From the IMG/VR virus record IMGVR_UViG_3300025138_000046, positions 1 through 58,218 of that record: a stretch of 58,218 nt of DNA. The stretch is one strand, 5' to 3'. Below are positions 55,398 through 58,218 of the stretch, one piece after another (positions within the stretch are counted from its first letter, which is position 1; each line of letters begins with the position of its first letter). This DNA is from a virus (lineage: Duplodnaviria > Caudoviricetes). The notes below the pieces were generated by a model, which was given only the letters and a program-made list of their open reading frames with translations, was not told where the DNA came from and searched no databases. The translations under genes were made by a program, and so were the position numbers.

Positions 55398-55784
55398 CTA
55401 GTGAATGGTTCTACTTTTCGCATTAAGGTCATATGAATCAATATCCAAATTGTCTAGTTCATCACCGATTAAATCATTATAGTCGGCGTCTTTTATCGTA
55501 TCTCTGATAATTTCCTCTTGTAAGGAATATTTAATGTAAGACTCCTTTGTCTCATTTACTACTTCTGTGTGGTTAATAACAAATCGCTTCATTATTTTAA
55601 ACACTTTCTTATCTGAAAACGGAAACCAATCAGTAAAAGCCCATGCTCCTGCAGGTGAAACATGCACGGCCGCAGGCCGTTCAACAATGTAAGCATGTTC
55701 TGTCGAGTTTTGAACATAACAAATGACGTCATCGCCATTAGTAAGTTTAAAGTGTCTTATGTCAACGTTTGTAATTGATTCCAT
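55398..55784 (-). CDS. Sm-like fold hypothetical protein
   Basis: HFKLTNGDDVIC and W.PFS motifs; TATAAATA at 55790-55797. Confidence 0.7.
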   Translation of the reverse strand: MESITNVDIRHFKLTNGDDVICYVQNSTEHAYIVERPAAVHVSPAGAWAFTDWFPFSDKKVFKIMKRFVINHTEVVNETKESYIKYSLQEEIIRDTIKDADYNDLIGDELDNLDIDSYDLNAKSRTIH

Positions 55785-55818
55785 TTATATATTTATAGCC
55801 TTAGCTGGTTTAAAGTTT

Positions 55819-56223
55819 CTATTGTTTTGATTCATAATCTTGAATTGCTTGTTTAATAGAATCTTCTGCTAGAACAGAGCAATGTATTTTTATTGGTGGC
55901 AATTCTAGAGCATCTACTATTTGCTTGTTTTTTATTTCTTTAGCTTCTTCTAGGGTTTTACCCATAAGCATTTCAACTAGCTCGCTTGATGATGCAATGG
56001 CTGAACCACAACCATAAGTTTTAAACTTAACATCTTTAATAATATGCGTATTACCTTTTTGCTCACATTTTATTTGAAGCTTCATTACGTCCCCACACGC
56101 TGGAGCTCCAACCATTCCAGTACCTATATTTAATCCTTTTGGATCAAATCTTCCAACTTTAAATGCCTGAGGATTATTTAAAGTGTTCTCAAACTTATCT
56201 ACCACTTTTTTACTATATGCCAT
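55819..56223 (-). CDS. iscU: Fe-S cluster scaffold IscU
   Basis: GAPACGDVM, FKTYGCGSAIASSS and LPPIKIHCSVLAED; TATAAATA at 56229-56236. Confidence 0.95.
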   Translation of the reverse strand: MAYSKKVVDKFENTLNNPQAFKVGRFDPKGLNIGTGMVGAPACGDVMKLQIKCEQKGNTHIIKDVKFKTYGCGSAIASSSELVEMLMGKTLEEAKEIKNKQIVDALELPPIKIHCSVLAEDSIKQAIQDYESKQ

Positions 56224-57732
56224 TTATATATTTATATCATGAACTTTGTAGTCAAATTTTTCTTTACTATAAATTCTAATCCGCTCTGCGGCGTGTTCTA
56301 ATGTGTAATTCTTTTTTGTTTTCCAATGCAAGTCGTCAGCAATATCATATACCTTAGTATCTATACCGTCTGCAGACTTTCTTAATCCTCGGCCGATACT
56401 TTGCAAAACCCGAATTTGCGACTTACTTGGTGAAGCAAAGACAATGTTATGTAAACGCTTAATATTAATACCTGTAGAAAAAGTGCCCATGCTAGCGACA
56501 ATAATCGCATCATCCTGCTTTTCTGTAATAGCTCGAATCTCTTCCCTCGTATCCACGTCGGTTTCACCTGAGACATAAAACAACCTCCTAGTATTTCTCG
56601 GCAATTTATTAAATTTTTCTTGTAACATATTATGTAATGGTTTGCCATGTTTCTCTACAAACTGAAATAATATTAAAGTATTCCCAGACTGGTCCATAGC
56701 CAGGTTAGATATAAAGTTATTCCTAGGGCCATACCTAACAATAAAATCAATTTCTTCTTGATATTTCATTTTTGATACTGCCCTGCAATGCTCTTCACTG
56801 TATTTTAATAATAAAACAAATATATCTAATTGCGATAATGATTTTTCTTCAATTAGCTTTTTAGTAGTAGTTACTTTATGAACCGGACCAAATAAACCCT
56901 CTAGTACTAGTTGGTGTGTTGCTGTACCATCTAAAGTTCCTGTGGTTCCTAAGCGGTATTGAGCATTCACACACTTTTCGAGAATAGCGGTTAATGATTT
57001 AGCTTTAAAGTTGTGAGCCTCATCTCCGATTACCATGCCGTAATCTTTAAACCAGCTACTTTGCAACTTGTAAATAGATTGCCATGTAGTGATTATAATT
57101 CTCTGTTTAATGTTGTACTTCTCTTTACCAGAGTATATTTTATGGCAGTTATCCGCTGCATTCCACGTATCTTTACTAGAATAGTCGTCAAAGTCCGAAT
57201 ACATTTGCTCAACGAGCGAAGTTGTAGGCACAATTAGTAGTGCATTGCCATCATACATGTCTAAATAGTATCTTACGGCTAAATAAATAATCAAACTCTT
57301 GCCAGATGCTGTAGGACTTAACAATAAAGAGCGCTTAAACGATAGCGCGTGCCAGAGCGCATCTAATTGGTAATCTCTAGGTGTTATATCATCTCTGTTA
57401 ACAGAAAGCGCGATTTCCTTTAAGAAGCTTTCTAAATCATGAAGCTCCTCAGTATCGGGCCTTCCAAACATAGAGTTATCTTCAACTATGAGCTCATATG
57501 ACCTGGCATCAGCAAATTCCTTTAAATACTTAAATAATCCACCGTATATTACTTTTTTCCTAAGATCGTATAGTCTTATTTTACCATCCCACATACGATT
57601 TTTATATGAAGGCATAAACTTATAGCCAGGAACATAAAAACAAAAGTGCTCTGATAACTCCATCTCTATTCCAGGTTCGGTTACCACACTCAAAAATACT
57701 TCGTTCTTTTTCTTAACGACTAATTTTTCCAT
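56224..57732 (-). CDS. uvsW: SF2 helicase UvsW
   Basis: PTASGKS, DEAH, TGT and QSIGR.LR motifs. Confidence 0.93.
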   Translation of the reverse strand: MEKLVVKKKNEVFLSVVTEPGIEMELSEHFCFYVPGYKFMPSYKNRMWDGKIRLYDLRKKVIYGGLFKYLKEFADARSYELIVEDNSMFGRPDTEELHDLESFLKEIALSVNRDDITPRDYQLDALWHALSFKRSLLLSPTASGKSLIIYLAVRYYLDMYDGNALLIVPTTSLVEQMYSDFDDYSSKDTWNAADNCHKIYSGKEKYNIKQRIIITTWQSIYKLQSSWFKDYGMVIGDEAHNFKAKSLTAILEKCVNAQYRLGTTGTLDGTATHQLVLEGLFGPVHKVTTTKKLIEEKSLSQLDIFVLLLKYSEEHCRAVSKMKYQEEIDFIVRYGPRNNFISNLAMDQSGNTLILFQFVEKHGKPLHNMLQEKFNKLPRNTRRLFYVSGETDVDTREEIRAITEKQDDAIIVASMGTFSTGINIKRLHNIVFASPSKSQIRVLQSIGRGLRKSADGIDTKVYDIADDLHWKTKKNYTLEHAAERIRIYSKEKFDYKVHDINI

Positions 57733-58178
57733 TACATTCCGCTAGTAAATTTATTCCATTCTATAATATTTTTAATTGTTTGATGTCTCCACTTAACGTT
57801 ATCTAGTATTTCTTTTAACGTATCAATCAATTCTTGTGTGTAATGCATTTTAGCTTGATGCTCTTGTATCAACGGATCTGCGTCATACCACTTATCCATA
57901 TCACCTTTTAAGACGGTTAGTCCATTGAGAGGGTCATAACCCCAACCTCTTTTATCCATTTCTTCTTGGCTCAACTTTCCGTTGTAATGCATAAATTTAT
58001 CTCGGAGCAAAACCTTAAACTCAAGGTCTAGCTTTTTAAATCTAAGTTTATTAACAGAGTATAGTTCTAAGTACTTCGAATGAAGCTTTGCTGAGTCTCT
58101 AGCAGATTGATCTAATTGAAGTTCATCAATAATAGAATCCTTTTTCCACATCTCAAGTATTGTTTCTAGGTTATTCAT
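57732..58178 (-). CDS. uvsY: Recombination mediator UvsY
   Basis: W..DS.ID, LHSKYL and R...IKN.IEW.KF motifs; synteny with uvsW. Confidence 0.88.
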   Translation of the reverse strand: MNNLETILEMWKKDSIIDELQLDQSARDSAKLHSKYLELYSVNKLRFKKLDLEFKVLLRDKFMHYNGKLSQEEMDKRGWGYDPLNGLTVLKGDMDKWYDADPLIQEHQAKMHYTQELIDTLKEILDNVKWRHQTIKNIIEWNKFTSGM

Positions 58179-58218
58179 AATGTATCCAGTAATGTATATT
58201 CTAATGTATATTCTAATG
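58178..58218. repeat. 12-bp tandem repeat (TAATGTATATTC)
   Basis: Units start at 58178 (degenerate), 58190, 58202 and 58214 (truncated by the window end). Confidence 0.75.

Noticed and set aside
12204-56648. Nested minus-strand alternative-frame ORFs (12204-12395, 30157-30444, 39763-40020, 43360-43566, 46169-46363, 48839-49087, 51476-51697, 54309-54500, 56382-56648)
   Set aside because: They lie fully inside conserved core genes and have no protein-like motifs.
268-57237. All plus-strand ORFs in the track (e.g. 268-549, 23306-23680, 52278-52706)
   Set aside because: They are antisense shadows of well-supported minus-strand genes, with no RBS, promoter or recognisable motif.

Overview
A 58 kb AT-rich segment of a T4-like myovirus genome, almost all coding on the minus strand. 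The gene content suggests a marine phage of a proteobacterial host; this is inference from the TorF-type porin, IscU, bS21, cytochrome c, PhoH and CobS-like genes. In transcription order (right to left) it carries: (i) the replication/recombination core uvsY, uvsW, iscU, 55, 47, 46, a MoxR/vWA pair, 45, 44, 62, regA, hsp20, 43 and an AEP-type primase; (ii) a promoter-bounded DNA-modification operon; (iii) rpsU, uvsX, 41, porin and thyX; (iv) an 11 kb cluster of proteins with T4-type capsid-targeting N-termini; (v) spanins plus a lipase; (vi) nrdA, nrdB, cytochrome c, glutaredoxin, rnh and phoH; (vii) two tail-adhesin-like genes. The best candidates for new biology follow. (1) A T4 gp42-type dCMP hydroxymethylase is co-transcribed with an amino-acid:DNA-transferase-like protein, a PLP enzyme and an SGNH protein, suggesting non-glucosyl cytosine hypermodification. 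(2) A ligase-like protein, a P-loop kinase, an HxGH nucleotidyltransferase and a nuclease all carry capsid-targeting leaders, suggesting an injected enzyme kit. (3) A covarying RNA hairpin is shared by two late leaders. (4) A lone antisense early promoter has a G-rich 5' end. All family calls are from motif recognition by eye, without database searches.
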